Shown piece after piece: positions 19,621 to 29,658 of a stretch of 64,000 nucleotides of DNA. The translations under genes were made by a program, and so were the position numbers. Within the stretch, counting starts at the first letter, position 1, and each line of letters starts with the position of its first letter. Under the pieces are notes generated by a model. That model was not told the origin of the DNA, did not search any database, and worked only from the letters and a program-made list of their open reading frames with translations. The DNA is taken from assembly GCA_045546155.1 (NCBI GenBank), contig JAZQCG010000002.1:74533-138532 (forward strand). Direction: 5' to 3'. This DNA comes from Candidatus Enterousia sp. Lineage in GTDB: Bacteria > Pseudomonadota > Alphaproteobacteria > Rs-D84.

Positions 19621-20310
19621 GCGTTTTTTATTAGTGTTGTTTTTCCTGGTTAATCGTTCGTATATTTCTTCGGATTTTAATGGCTTATAAGACAAAAACC
19701 ACGCACGCGAATCAACGCCGCGTGTTTTTGCGTTTTGTTGGCGATTCATTTCATGTGTTGTTTGTGGGGCGGGCACTAATACATGTTCGCCTGGAACCCA
19801 ATCGGCTGGGATTGCGACTTTAAATGCGTCTGCGGTTTGTAGCGCAACTACAATTCGCATAATTTCTGTGAAATTACGTCCCAATACCGCCGGATAATAT
19901 AAAATAGCGCGAATAATACCGTGTGGGTCAATAATGAATACGGCGCGCACCGCGTTTGTGTCTGATTCAGATTCGTGAATCATCCCATACATGCGTGCGA
20001 TACTGGTGTCCATATCCGCGATAATCGGAAAGGTAATTTTTGCGCCGCCGTCCATTTCGCTGATTGCATGAATCCATGCCAAGTGCGACGGAATCGCACC
20101 GATAGACAGGGCGACTAAGCCCGTATTCATTTCGTTGAATTGACTAAGCAGTTCTTGGAATCGTATAAATTCAGATGTGCACACAGGTGTAAAATCAGAC
20201 GGATGCGAAAAGAAAATTATCCATTTCCCTGCATAATCGTCCGGAAAGTGTATCGGTCCATTGGTGGTCTGGGCGTTAAATTCGGGTGCTTTGTCACCAA
20301 TAAGTGGCAT
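19615..20310 (-). CDS. 1-Cys peroxiredoxin (Prx6-type)
   Basis: FTPVCTSEF peroxidatic Cys motif. Start trimmed to MPLIGDKAPEF. Confidence 0.8.
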   Translation of the reverse strand: MPLIGDKAPEFNAQTTNGPIHFPDDYAGKWIIFFSHPSDFTPVCTSEFIRFQELLSQFNEMNTGLVALSIGAIPSHLAWIHAISEMDGGAKITFPIIADMDTSIARMYGMIHESESDTNAVRAVFIIDPHGIIRAILYYPAVLGRNFTEIMRIVVALQTADAFKVAIPADWVPGEHVLVPAPQTTHEMNRQQNAKTRGVDSRAWFLSYKPLKSEEIYERLTRKNNTNKKRK

Positions 20311-20508
20311 TGTTATGACGTCTGGTACGTCGTTGCAAATATCAAACATGTGCTCTCTCCTTGTCTTAGTATATGTTAAGGCTAGCATTTAATGCATCGG
20401 CGACGGCACAAGAACGTATTCTTAAATAAAAATAATAAAAAACTTTACACTTGCTAAAATGTGCTATGATATGAATAATATAGGGCAAGACAAAAAGGAT
20501 ATATAGTT

Positions 20509-20787
20509 ATGAAACGTTCTGATATTGTTCGGACAATCCAAGTCCAATTTAAACACATGCGCGCAACAGATGCGGCGGCAATGCTGGATACAGTTGCAGA
20601 TACCATGATTGAATCTGTTGCAAATGGGAATCGTATTGAAATTCGTGGGTTTGGTACATTTCAGCCACGCGCACGTGCAACAAAAATTGGATACAATCCA
20701 TGCACCGGTATGCCAATGCCATTGCCGGCCAGTACGACTATATTATTCAAGCCCAGTCGTGAATTAACCAAAAAGATGAACGGATAA
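20509..20787 (+). CDS. integration host factor subunit (HU/IHF family)
   Basis: RIEIRGFGTF...FKPSRELTKKMN. Confidence 0.75.
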   Translation: MKRSDIVRTIQVQFKHMRATDAAAMLDTVADTMIESVANGNRIEIRGFGTFQPRARATKIGYNPCTGMPMPLPASTTILFKPSRELTKKMNG

Positions 20788-20793
20788 TTAGTT

Positions 20794-22539
20794 ATGTTAT
20801 TTGGTAAAAAGTCTGGAATTAAAAACCGCAATCGTGAACGTTACGAGCGTATACGCCGCCTGATGTGGATTAAGTGCGCAGCATGCGGCAAGCTGGTTTA
20901 TTACAAAGACTACAAAGAAAATTTATACATATGCCCACATTGCAAGCGTGCATTTATAATGTCGCCTAAGCAGCGGTTTAATTTACTGTTTGATAATCAT
21001 GCGTGGGAAAAATTAACGTTGCCAACAACGTCTGATGACCCGCTGGGGTTTGTTGATCGTATGCCGTATACCGAACGCCTTGAAGAAGCGCGCACAGACA
21101 CTGGGTGCAATGATGCGGTTACAACCGCAGACGGCACAATTGGCGATGTGCCATCGACGGTGTGTGTGCTAAATGGCGATTTTATGATGGGGTCAATGGG
21201 GCGTGCCGCCGGCGATGGAATTATTGCTAGTATTGAGCATGCAATTGAAACCAAGCGCCCGTTTATCATGGTCGTGGCCAGTGGTGGCGCACGTATGCAG
21301 GAAAACATCTTGTCGCTAATGCAAATGGCGCGTACAACAGCGGCGGTTAATAAATTACATGAAAATAAAATACCATACATTGTTTTATTAACAGATCCAA
21401 CATATGGCGGTGTGACGGCATCTTTTGCGATGCTGGGCGATATTCATATCGCTGAATCTGGGGCGCGTATCGGTTTTGCTGGACGTCGCGTAATTGAACA
21501 GAATATTCGTGAAAAATTACCATCTAATTTCCAGACAGCTGAATATTTGTATGAACATGGTATGGTTGATATGGTTGTTCCGCGTATGGATTTGCATGAT
21601 GTAATTGCGAAAATCTTGGCGGTGTTGACCAAACAGCCACGCGAACCAAAACAGATTAATGTCGCCACCCCGGATTATGATACGTCTAAAAAGATTCGTG
21701 GTATGGGCGAAAACGATGCCTATGACAAAGTATTGCTGGCACGACATGAAAATCGTCCGCATTTCTTGGATTATATAAATGGCATTGTTGATGATTGGAC
21801 ATACTTGGCGGGCGATCGCCTGTATGCCGAAGATCCAGCCATGGCATCTGGGATTGGATTTTGGCGCGGTATCCCATCTGTGATTATTGGGCAAGAGCAG
21901 GGGCGCACCATTGAAACCCGTCAAAAGCATCGTTTTGGTATGGCGAACCCAGACGGCTATCGCAAGGCCCAGCGTATGATGCGTCTGGCGGAAAAGTTTG
22001 AATTGCCATTGATTTCATTGTTCGATACCGCTGGCGCATTTGCTGGCCGCGAAGGCGAAGAACGTGGTCAATCCCAAGCGGTCGCAGAATCGATGTCTGT
22101 TGGATTGTCGATTAAAACGCCATACGTCGCCGTTAACGTGGGTCAGGGCGGTTCTGGTGGTGCAATTGCGATTGGGACGGCTGATCGCGTCCTGATGCTG
22201 GAAAATGCGATTTATTCGGTAATTGCACCGGAATCTTGTGCGTCGATTTTATGGAAAGATAACAAGTTCAAGGCCACAGCTGCCGCCGCAATGAAATTGA
22301 CTGCGCGCGATATGGCAGATTTGAACGTTATTGATGAAATTATCCCAGAACCTGCCAAGGGGGCACATACCAATTGGCAAACGACAATGGAATTGTTGGC
22401 GTCTGCGGTTACAAAGCATATCCTTGAATTACAGGAAGTGCCTGCAAATGAATTACCAAACCGTCGTGCGGATAAATTCTTTGCAATGACACGCGATGTT
22501 GAGATTTTTCAACCAACCCGCGATGCCGAAGATAACTAA
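20794..22539 (+). CDS. acetyl-CoA carboxylase carboxyltransferase, fused beta (AccD, N-terminal Zn ribbon) and alpha (AccA) subunits in one 581-aa polypeptide
   Basis: N-terminus CAACGK..CPHCKRAF and the AccD body. C-terminal half matches AccA (RMMRLAEKFELPLISLFDTAGAFAGREGEERGQSQAVAES, NVGQGGSGGAIAIG). Confidence 0.8.
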   Translation: MLFGKKSGIKNRNRERYERIRRLMWIKCAACGKLVYYKDYKENLYICPHCKRAFIMSPKQRFNLLFDNHAWEKLTLPTTSDDPLGFVDRMPYTERLEEARTDTGCNDAVTTADGTIGDVPSTVCVLNGDFMMGSMGRAAGDGIIASIEHAIETKRPFIMVVASGGARMQENILSLMQMARTTAAVNKLHENKIPYIVLLTDPTYGGVTASFAMLGDIHIAESGARIGFAGRRVIEQNIREKLPSNFQTAEYLYEHGMVDMVVPRMDLHDVIAKILAVLTKQPREPKQINVATPDYDTSKKIRGMGENDAYDKVLLARHENRPHFLDYINGIVDDWTYLAGDRLYAEDPAMASGIGFWRGIPSVIIGQEQGRTIETRQKHRFGMANPDGYRKAQRMMRLAEKFELPLISLFDTAGAFAGREGEERGQSQAVAESMSVGLSIKTPYVAVNVGQGGSGGAIAIGTADRVLMLENAIYSVIAPESCASILWKDNKFKATAAAAMKLTARDMADLNVIDEIIPEPAKGAHTNWQTTMELLASAVTKHILELQEVPANELPNRRADKFFAMTRDVEIFQPTRDAEDN

Positions 22540-22541
22540 AT

Positions 22542-22572
22542 AAAAATCCCGCAATTTGCGGGATTTTTTATT
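22542..22572. terminator. terminator AAAAATCCCGCAATTTGCGGGATTTTTTATT (identical copy at 24508)
   Basis: Seen in sequence. Confidence 0.7.
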
Positions 22573-23401
22573 ATTCGCCCAACGGGCACGCATCTGAAAA
22601 TACATAAGTGCCCAGTGTGTCAAATTGTTCTACCCCAGAAGGGAAAAATAGCGCACATCCAGAAACCTGATTCGTCAAACACGACACCACATCACGTCCA
22701 ACGTATATTTTATTCTTATTTGTACAAGAATCATTAATCGTAAGTTCTGGTCTGTCTATTTCAACAAACCCAGATGGGCAATCACCTTGGGTTGGGGGTG
22801 TCCCAATATCTATTTCTGCCTCTGTTCTTACTGAGCATGCACTACTACTGGTGCTGCCGGATGATGTTGTTGTGTATCCATCTGGACAAGGTGTACAGGC
22901 AGATTGACCAGTTTTGTTGTTATAAGTGCCAATTGGGCAACTGTAACATTGTCCCGCCTTTCCATATGTTCCTGCAGCGCAAGATGTACTGCAGCTTGTA
23001 TTGTTTGTCGCTGTATTTGTTGTGCCATCTGCGCATGTGTTGCACTGCAGTTGTGTGTTTGTGGTATTTGTATAGCTTCCTTGTGGACAGCTAACACATG
23101 TTTTTTTAGAAGTGTCAAAGTACTGCCCTGCGTTACACCGGCCACACATACTAGGGTATTTTGCCACCTCAGCTGCGCCAGCTGCAAAACCATTCGACCA
23201 TGCGACACTGCATATATTTGCGCACATTGTATCATAATTGCTGAATCCTCCGGTAAAGCTGTCACATGTAGAAGTAATCTGAGTCCCAGATGGTAGTTTT
23301 GAACATGTTTCAGCCAATTCAACGCATTCATAAGCCATATAGTTAGCCTGGGCAACATTTGTTAATAAAAATACACAAAATATAAATAAAAAGCGTTTCA
23401 T
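22571..23401 (-). CDS. secreted Cys-rich protein with tandem CxxCPxGxY...C repeats (GCC2/GCC3- or ephrin-receptor-like pattern)
   Basis: Signal peptide MKRFLFIFCVFLLTNVAQA. Repeats such as CVSCPQGSYTN, CYSCPIGTYNN, CTPCPDGYTT. Confidence 0.5.
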   Translation of the reverse strand: MKRFLFIFCVFLLTNVAQANYMAYECVELAETCSKLPSGTQITSTCDSFTGGFSNYDTMCANICSVAWSNGFAAGAAEVAKYPSMCGRCNAGQYFDTSKKTCVSCPQGSYTNTTNTQLQCNTCADGTTNTATNNTSCSTSCAAGTYGKAGQCYSCPIGTYNNKTGQSACTPCPDGYTTTSSGSTSSSACSVRTEAEIDIGTPPTQGDCPSGFVEIDRPELTINDSCTNKNKIYVGRDVVSCLTNQVSGCALFFPSGVEQFDTLGTYVFSDACPLGE

Positions 23402-23421
23402 ATTTACTCTCCTCTCCCTTC

Positions 23422-23835
23422 TTATCTAAGGTGTCCAAACATTATAGAACGAAATGTTTCGTCATAAGTAAAATCGCTCATGCAGCTGTATGCGCAGTTT
23501 TGACTACACAAAGCTGGGCTGGCAAATGTGGTTGTTGCAACCCACTTGCTGCTTACAGCCGGCTCTAGCATCCTGCACCAGCACCCTGTGCTACCCACAG
23601 AAGAAGAGGGGTTTTCTTCGATTGAATATTTAGGCTGTGGGCTTCCACAAACTGCAACGCCAGAGCACATAGGTGGCGTCAGATCCACCTCCCAATAGTT
23701 GCTATAATCATCCCCAGCAATATCTATACCATCTATCCCCAGGTCAAGTTGTATACACTGTTTTGCCGCAAATGCGGTATGTGTGATTATCGATATTGTA
23801 ATTAAAATAAACAAAGACGATTTTATATGTTTCAT
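23422..23835 (-). CDS. small secreted Cys-rich protein, paralog of 23855..24292 (CWC(K/R)..PAVS..W motif)
   Basis: Start trimmed to MKHIKSSLFILITIS signal peptide. Confidence 0.45.
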   Translation of the reverse strand: MKHIKSSLFILITISIITHTAFAAKQCIQLDLGIDGIDIAGDDYSNYWEVDLTPPMCSGVAVCGSPQPKYSIEENPSSSVGSTGCWCRMLEPAVSSKWVATTTFASPALCSQNCAYSCMSDFTYDETFRSIMFGHLR

Positions 23836-23854
23836 TTTGTGCTCTTTCTTAAAT

Positions 23855-24292
23855 TTAATTAAACCATTGGTTGGCTGGGGCGCTGTCATTATCATAAAAA
23901 TGCCATCCGCAATAATCTGCGCAATCCATATGGCATTCCGATCCACTAGAAAATGTTCTTGCCAGTTTCCATCCAGATACCGCCGGAAAAACAATTTTAC
24001 ACCAACATTGACGATTGGTTTGCGAGGAAGTATTGCTCATCGGGTTGGTTGCAAAAGTCAGTTCTTTAGCGTTTCCAGAGTGTGCGCATGTTGCAATACC
24101 TTCGATGGCGGTTATATATTCTCCGATGCTAAGATCTTCGGTATCAACCCAAAACCTATTGTCCGTGCCGCCTGCCATGTCCCACTGATATGAGTCTTCA
24201 TCGCTAAAATTGGGCATACAAAGCTGTGCGGTGGTTGCAGGGGTGGCAAATAACATGCCTGCCATGGTTAGAATTAAAAAGATTTTTTTCAT
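23855..24292 (-). CDS. small secreted Cys-rich protein, tandem paralog
   Basis: Signal peptide MKKIFLILTMAGMLFA. Shared CWCKIVFPAVSGW motif. Confidence 0.45.
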   Translation of the reverse strand: MKKIFLILTMAGMLFATPATTAQLCMPNFSDEDSYQWDMAGGTDNRFWVDTEDLSIGEYITAIEGIATCAHSGNAKELTFATNPMSNTSSQTNRQCWCKIVFPAVSGWKLARTFSSGSECHMDCADYCGWHFYDNDSAPANQWFN

Positions 24293-24507
24293 TGTTCTCT
24301 CCCTTAGGAAAACGGTGGTTTAGATTCGGCACAAAATCGGGTTGACATGCCTCAGTTTTTTGGGATAAAATAAGTTCAAGAAATGCTGAAAACAAACCAC
24401 CGTTTGGATTCGGCATATTTTTTTAGGATTTTTTATACTGATTTCAATCGATTATATATAAAATGCAAGTTTAAGAATTTTTTAGTTCGTATGTGATCTG
24501 AATAAAT

Positions 24508-24537
24508 AAAAATCCCGCAATTTGCGGGATTTTTTTA
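24508..24537. terminator. terminator AATCCCGCAATTTGCGGGATT
   Basis: Immediately downstream of the stop of the 24535..26460 gene. Confidence 0.65.
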
Positions 24538-26460
24538 CATATTATTCTTAAGCGCTAAATATATTTGTCCTAAATCGGTTTTTAACAGGGTTGCAGCCAA
24601 TTTGTCTGCGTTGTCGGCTTCGCGTGCGCCGTTCATAATTTTATCAAAGCTGCGGACAAATTGCGTTGCCTGGGAACGAAATACTGCATCTGATTTCAAC
24701 ATATTGCGAACTTGTTTCTTGTCGGCGGCACTCATCATTTTCGCCAGCCACTTGGAAAAGATTGTTTTGTCGCCGGCATGATACTTCTTTAATACGACAT
24801 CTGGTATATCTGCGCCGGTTGCGCGTGTTAAGTCTTGGGACTGTTCATGCAGCTTTTCAAACATCTTTTCGCTTTGTGCCAAGAAGTCCGAAGAACTTAT
24901 TTTTCCAAACGATTCCATCGGTGCGGTTTTTATTGCGTCCATTGGGGCGCTTGCACGCGCAACCATCATTTGTTTGTTTAATGTCTGCATAGTGTTTACC
25001 GCTTTGGCATAATCTGACATTAAATCAATCATCTGCTGGCGTGATGTGCCGGCCAAATCTTCCAGTTTGATTGCAGATTGTGACACCGCATCGGTTGATT
25101 CATCAACCGCGGCTTTCATAAGATTAACTTTCTCGGTCAATGATGCGACAATTTTTTCCAGTCTTTCACTGGTTTCGACTGAGTCCTTGCTTAAATCGGG
25201 CAGGGCCGCATAATACTTTTCAATTAATTCAGATAATGGCTGTAACTGTGCTGTTGTGTCATTAGACATTTTAATCAGGTTTTCCGATTGTCCCGACAGC
25301 TGTGTGTGTGCCGTATTCATTTCAATCAGTGTTTCGCGTACACCTGTTGCCATTGCCTTGACCGAGTCTGAAAATGCGTTTGCGGCCCCGCGCGTGTTTT
25401 CCAATGTAATGTTCGCAACCCCAGACACTGTTTTTAGTTCAGATACAACACCCGTGGCAAATTCTTTGATTTCGCCATCGAAATGCTTGGTCAGTGTGGC
25501 GATTTCGGTTGAAATCCCGCGAACTGCGCCTTCGGTTGCACTGGCTGATGCCATCAGTTTTTCAACTGCATCGGTTAATTTGCGGATTTGTTTATCTATT
25601 GATGATTCAGCCAGGCGTACTTGGCCACCGACAACATTGGCGGTATTGGTAAGTGTGTTCATTTGGCTGGTTAATTGCTTTTTTGATTGTTTGCTAAATG
25701 TATCCATTTTATCCAAGTATCCATCCAACAATCTGTCGTTGCGTATCATTATTTCTTCATAATTTGCAGCCGAACTTTTTACATTGCTAAAACCGTCTGC
25801 AGTCGATTGGGCCAGTTCTGAAATTTTGCCAATCATTGTTTCTGATTCTGTGGTCAGATTTTTCATCTGTTCGCTATTTTTGTTGAATTCACCCCCCAGA
25901 TGTTCCGACAGGTTTTCACTGGTCGCGACCCATGAATCGATTTGTGATTGTATCTGGCTGGTACGGTTTGTGGTTTCTTGTGTTGTGTTGTTAATTTCTG
26001 ATAATAACTGATTGACAGTATTGCTAAATTTATCGGTTGCATTTTCTACATCGTGCCACGTTTCAGACTCTACTACATTGTTCAAGCCACTGACAGTATT
26101 GTCCAAACGGCCAGACATATTGGCTATCTTTTTTGTTGCTTCATCCGCCAATGAAATCAGTTTTTCGTTCTGTTCATTTAATATGTTTTTCAATTCGTCT
26201 GCAGATGCAATTTGTGCGTTTAATGTGTCGCGCATTGTGGCAAAGCTGGATTCTATTTTGGAAATTTCATCATTTAAAATCGTGCTTAACACGCGACTGG
26301 CGTCGGCAATTTTAGCACGTTCTGGTCGTGTCATAATGGTCAGCAACGATTGCATAACCTTTTGCGATTTGCGTGACACAAAAAACAGTACGACTAATGT
26401 GATAAATAATAACGCGCCCAGGATGCCCGCACCCCAGACAAACAATTGATTGATTTCCAT
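24535..26460 (-). CDS. membrane-anchored long alpha-helical/coiled-coil protein (641 aa)
   Basis: N-terminal TM segment (WGAGILGALLFITLVVLFFV) followed by a low-complexity helical region rich in S/T/N/E/K. Confidence 0.5.
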   Translation of the reverse strand: MEINQLFVWGAGILGALLFITLVVLFFVSRKSQKVMQSLLTIMTRPERAKIADASRVLSTILNDEISKIESSFATMRDTLNAQIASADELKNILNEQNEKLISLADEATKKIANMSGRLDNTVSGLNNVVESETWHDVENATDKFSNTVNQLLSEINNTTQETTNRTSQIQSQIDSWVATSENLSEHLGGEFNKNSEQMKNLTTESETMIGKISELAQSTADGFSNVKSSAANYEEIMIRNDRLLDGYLDKMDTFSKQSKKQLTSQMNTLTNTANVVGGQVRLAESSIDKQIRKLTDAVEKLMASASATEGAVRGISTEIATLTKHFDGEIKEFATGVVSELKTVSGVANITLENTRGAANAFSDSVKAMATGVRETLIEMNTAHTQLSGQSENLIKMSNDTTAQLQPLSELIEKYYAALPDLSKDSVETSERLEKIVASLTEKVNLMKAAVDESTDAVSQSAIKLEDLAGTSRQQMIDLMSDYAKAVNTMQTLNKQMMVARASAPMDAIKTAPMESFGKISSSDFLAQSEKMFEKLHEQSQDLTRATGADIPDVVLKKYHAGDKTIFSKWLAKMMSAADKKQVRNMLKSDAVFRSQATQFVRSFDKIMNGAREADNADKLAATLLKTDLGQIYLALKNNM

Positions 26461-26552
26461 TTCCTTTTCTCCCTAAAACAAATGCAGACTTTATATGTCT
26501 TGCAGTCTATTTGGATTTATACTAGAATCTAAACAATAAAGCAAGGGCATAA

Positions 26553-29500
26553 ATGGCAAAAAAACGCACTTTATCATACGAGCAAGACTTGGCTGCGAAT
26601 CCACGTGAAAACGTATGGGTTCAGGCAAATGCCGGTACTGGTAAAACCAGTGTGCTGGTACAGCGCTTGTTGCGTATTTTGTTCCGTTCATCCAACGATT
26701 TAAACAGTGGTATTTTATGTTTAACGTACACAAATGCGGGGGCGGGCGAAATGCGCAATCGTATATTGGCGTCATTGCGGGAATGGGCGTGTGCATCGGA
26801 TGATGAACTGCGTGATTTGTTGGATGGTGTGGCGGAAAATCGACCGGCAACAAATGATGATATTTTGCGTGCCCGTGAAATATTCTTTTATTACATCGAC
26901 AATCCTGATATTTTGAAAATAAAAACAATTCACGGTTTTTGTGAAGAGGTATTACACAGATTCCCATCAGAGGCCGGTCTATCCCCAGCCTGGACATTAA
27001 TATCAGATGATGCGCAGCGCATTTTATTGCAAGATGCGTTTGATAAATTGATTAATTCGCCATCTGAAAACGAGCGGGTTGGGGCTGCGTTTGCTCATAT
27101 CGTTAATCGTATATCTGAATATTCAATGCCAGATTTGCTGGCCGAACTCAGCAATCAGTACAAGCACTTTTTTGGTATTGAAAATATTGTTAAGTATAGA
27201 AAATACTTTATTGAAACGACGTATAATTTTTTAGAATTAAATACGCCGATTGCTGTCAAAGCGGTTGCTCAAAAATTGCAAAAAATCATCGATTTGGCTA
27301 ATTTAGAACAAAATAATCGAAAAACACCGGCAAAATACATCGATAAACTTATTAAGTTAACCAAACAATATATTGAAAATACGATTGATTTTGAAGAATA
27401 CAAAAGCGCATATTTAACCGCGACAGGCACACCCATTTCAAACGTTGCGAAGCTGGGCTTTGTGTCGGAAGAATTAGCGCGCGTTAATGCGGTAAATCAG
27501 TATAATATAAACAAGTTGATTTTTGAAGATACACTTGCGATGTTTGATTTGTCTGCGGCGTTTGCAACAATTTATCGTGATATGAAATTGTCGCGCAATG
27601 TATTGGATTTCGAAGATATGATTTTATATACACGCAAGTTGTTCTCGAATCCAATAACAATGGGGTGGGTGTTGTCGCAGCTGGATTTGTCTTTGTCGCA
27701 CATTTTGGTGGACGAAGCCCAAGACACATCTCCGGCCCAGTGGGATATTTTGCGGATGCTGTCGGGCGAATTTTTTGTGGATGGTGACACTGAAAAAAAT
27801 CCGCACTCATTATTCGTTGTTGGCGACAGCAAGCAGTCCATATATGGTTTCCAAGGGGCAGATCCGCGGGCGTTTGCGCTAAGTCGTGACATGATTGCGC
27901 AACAGATAAAACAAAATTTACGTGATATTCGCGAAGTGCCCTTGGCGCAAAGCTTTCGTTCCAGTCCCCAGGTTTTGTCGGCCGTAGATACGTTTTTTGC
28001 GGACAGCGCGGTGCGCGAAATGACTGGATTTATAAATAATCCGCACAAATGTTTCCGGCAAAACGCAGATGGTCTTGTGGTGTTGCAAAAGCTGATTTCT
28101 AAGAAGCAAGACAGCATTGATGTTGATGGGTATGTGAATAGTATTGCGGGGCGCATAAAGATGTTGATTGATAGTGGTAAATTCAGGGCATCTGATATTA
28201 TGGTTCTGGTTCAAAATCGTCATCCGCTTGCACCAAAGTTGGTTCGTGAATTAAAGCGATTGTCAATTGATGTTGCGGGCAGTGATCGTATCGTTTTGCC
28301 AAATTTTCCGGCGGTTCGCGACCTGTTAAATCTGGTGCGTTTTTGCATAAATCCAATGGATGATTATAGTTTGTGTTGTGTGTTAAGTAGTCCGTTTTAT
28401 CGTATGAATTCACGCGATATTTTTAATTTATGTAAAATCAAAAACGACGAAAATAAAGCACGCAAATCGGCCGCCTTGGACTTCGTGCCAATGACGGTTT
28501 TTGATGCGTTAAAAGATGTTTTCCCAGATATTTATTCTGATCTAGAAACGGTATTAGAAAACTCAAAAACTATGTCACCTTATTCCTTCTTTGATGCGTT
28601 TTTGAATCATGATAATATGCGCGCAAAAATGATTTCTGCATTGGGCAACCAGGTCATAGATCCATTGGAAGAATTTATGACAATATGCCTTGCGTATGAA
28701 CGCACCATGCCGGGTACATTAAAACATTTTTTAAAATATTTTATTACAGGTAACAGTCAGATTAAACGCGATATGGATGCGTCCAGTGGTGTGCGTGTTG
28801 TGACGGTTCATGGCAGCAAAGGTCTGGAAGCGCCGGCTGTGTTTTTGATTGATACTGTGAATATGCCGAATTCAGAAAAAATATTGCCTGTACCGGGGGC
28901 GGGCGATGTAAATATGCCGGTATGGCTGTGGGTGCCACGTTCGAACAATTCTGTGCGTTGCCAGGTTGCATCCGAAGCGTTAAAAAAAGTGCGGATTGCA
29001 GAATATTATCGTTTGTTGTATGTGGCGATGACACGTGCGCGTGATGATTTGTATATTTATGGCTTTACCAACAATGCAACCGTGCCAGAGATGTCGTGGC
29101 ACAACCAACTGTGGCGCGTATTTGACGCGTTGCCAAACGTAGATAAAACGGACGATGAAATCAGGATAAAAAATGTCGAATAACATCAAAGAAATCATTG
29201 CAGCGCGCGATGCGGTTGGGTTTGCAACTGCCGCTGGGACTGATATGCATAATCGTCTGGGGCGAATTATGATTGGTGATGAAGTTGAGTGTGGAGATGT
29301 GGATTTAATTGCGAAAATCAAGGCGAATCCACAATTGGCAAAAATGTTCTGTCCAAAATCTATGACAGAAGTGCCAGTTGCGGGCATTGTCAGCAATCGG
29401 TTTATTAGTCGCCGCATAGACAGATTGTATGTTGATGACGAAGCTAAAACTGTATATATACTGGATTATAAAACAGACGTAAGTCGCGATTTGTTTCACG

Positions 29501-29616
29501 ATAAATACGTTGCGCAATTGCGTGAATATTCCATATTGTTGCGCCAGGTTTACCCAAAACATACATGTAAATGTTTTATTTTGTGGACACATGATTGGGT
29601 GTTGGAAAGTCTATAA
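26553..29616 (+). CDS. addA: AddA-like UvrD-family helicase with C-terminal PD-(D/E)xK nuclease; reading frame interrupted at an A6 tract (29168..29173), so it is either a pseudogene or a sequencing error
   Basis: Helicase motifs ANAGTGKTS, VGDSKQSIYGFQGAD, VTVHGSKGLEAPAVFLID, YVAMTRARDDLYIY. Downstream ORF 29173..29616 carries ILDYKTD. A -1 slip in the A-run joins ...IRIK to MSNNIKEI. Confidence 0.65.
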
Positions 29617-29658
29617 AAACGCTTGAAATATATCACGCTAAGTGGGTATAATTCGCGT

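Noticed and set aside
22774-23358. Three overlapping ORFs (106, 130 and 176 aa) inside and antisense to the GCC2/GCC3-like gene
   Set aside because: Cys/His-rich translations mirror the sense gene's CxxC codons. The sense ORF has a signal peptide and repeat structure; these do not.
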